Assembly: GCA_051294905.1 (NCBI GenBank)
Contig: CM119371.1
Coordinates: 41,418,001 to 41,482,000, forward strand
Direction of reading: 5' to 3'
DNA: 64,000 bases
Source of the DNA: Botryllus schlosseri
Lineage: Eukaryota
Both the position numbers and the translations under genes were made by a program. Positions 62,889 through 64,000 of the stretch are shown piece by piece. Below the pieces are notes generated by a model, which worked only from the letters and a program-made list of their open reading frames with translations, did no database searches and had not been told where the DNA came from. The first letter of the stretch is position 1. Each line of letters begins with the position of its first letter.

Positions 62889-63343
62889 TCACTGTTCCAG
62901 CATCTTCTTTGCCGATTCCGGTTTATCGTCAATGTCCTCCAAAATGTCATCCTGCTGTTTGGCGCAATACATTTTACGTACCATATACGCTGCTGAAACA
63001 CCGTAACCAAGCGCTAAGACGAATGCCAGCACCAGTACGGTCAGATTCCGTCCCCCGTTTCGGAAGGATTCTTCGTCAGGACACACGCCTACATCGACCA
63101 ATTCGTACGAGTCTTCGCACCACCATATAAACCAATGCGCCGTGACGCAGAATGCTCCACAAGCCGCGTACAGCATGGCCGCTATGGCGTTACAGATCAT
63201 GTCAATTTTAGCGAGGCCACGCGATTCGGAGAAGGACAGGATTGCGTAAAACACGGACGTGATAATCCATATCGGTAGAGTTACGGCTGCGCAAAACAGC
63301 GCTTGGTCGTGCACTTCTGGCGGCTCATCGCTTGTGGACAGTA
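62889..63343 (-). CDS. Probable last exon of a multi-pass membrane protein (3 TM helices visible; MARVEL/tetraspan-like topology)
   Basis: Open frame with three hydrophobic segments and a charged tail; TTCTTCATTTCAG acceptor at 63344-63345. Upstream exons not resolved. Confidence 0.6.
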
Positions 63344-64000
63344 CTGAAATGAAGAATACGTTGTTACCAGATCTTCTGTAAATTTCTACCCAATAACAGG
63401 GAGAAGTAGCGATTTCAAAGACATGCCCAAAACACATCAAGCAGAAATGACTATTGAAGATCTAAGTTTGCGATGACGAATCGGTGATGTGGTTTTGATG
63501 CTGTTAACGTGCGGTAGCACTAAAGATCCAACGTAACAGCTCATCTTGTGCAGCAGTTATTCTATACTCTATACTAGTAATGCATTAGATGGGTGATGTG
63601 GTAGATATTTGTCTTTGTTACTCAGTTAGATATCGGGCTTCGAAGGGTTGCGGGATATACCGTGACGGTTCGACAGGTTAGTAGAAGTTGATACTTATCA
63701 ACCACTGGTACATGAAGGCGTAAAATACATAAATATGACGCAAGGTTGAAGGTTTGATCAAAATTAATTCAAAATTAGTTCACAGACAGTACTGATATGA
63801 TGGATTGAAGATAATTTATTTGATATGATGGATTTATTCAGATATCTTGGGGTTTCGAGCACTTACGACATCGGCTGGGATTGGCATCCATTGTCTCTAA
63901 AGCAATGCCTACTTTGGACTGAAATCGCAAACAATGGTAGCGTCACGTCATTAATATACATTGTTTGACAAGGCGGCAGATGGGAGTATTTGCTGGTCGC

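Overview
Eukaryotic (metazoan) genomic DNA, AT-rich and dense in transposable elements. The ~60-nt minimal introns and the TE mix are compatible with an invertebrate chordate such as an ascidian (inference only). The backbone is one + strand adhesion GPCR gene. I threaded it by eye through 17 phase-consistent GT-AG exons from 7290 to 54848 (about 851 codons; the N-terminus was not found): EGF-like, SEA (GSVVV), HRM, GAIN/GPS, 7TM, Ser/Thr tail. Its GPS reads C-S-C-N-H-E-A-N-F-A-V-L instead of H-L|T/S. The introns hold several elements. One is a decayed Ty3/gypsy-like element whose RT N-terminus runs in frame into a Thr-rich stalk and transmembrane helix (10569-14460, - strand). Another is an ISL2EU-like transposon with long TIRs (17435-20578). 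A third is a young gag-only BEL/Pao element with near-identical LTRs (42576-46373), which is interrupted by a CR1/L2 3' fragment and nested in a hAT MITE. There is also a 5'-truncated RNase H-bearing I-group LINE with TSD (52080-53202), Penelope and THAP/P-like relics, tRNA-derived SINEs and many hAT-type MITEs with 8-bp TSDs. The probable last exon of a multi-pass membrane protein gene lies on the - strand at 62889-63343. All homology calls come from motif recognition, not from database searches.
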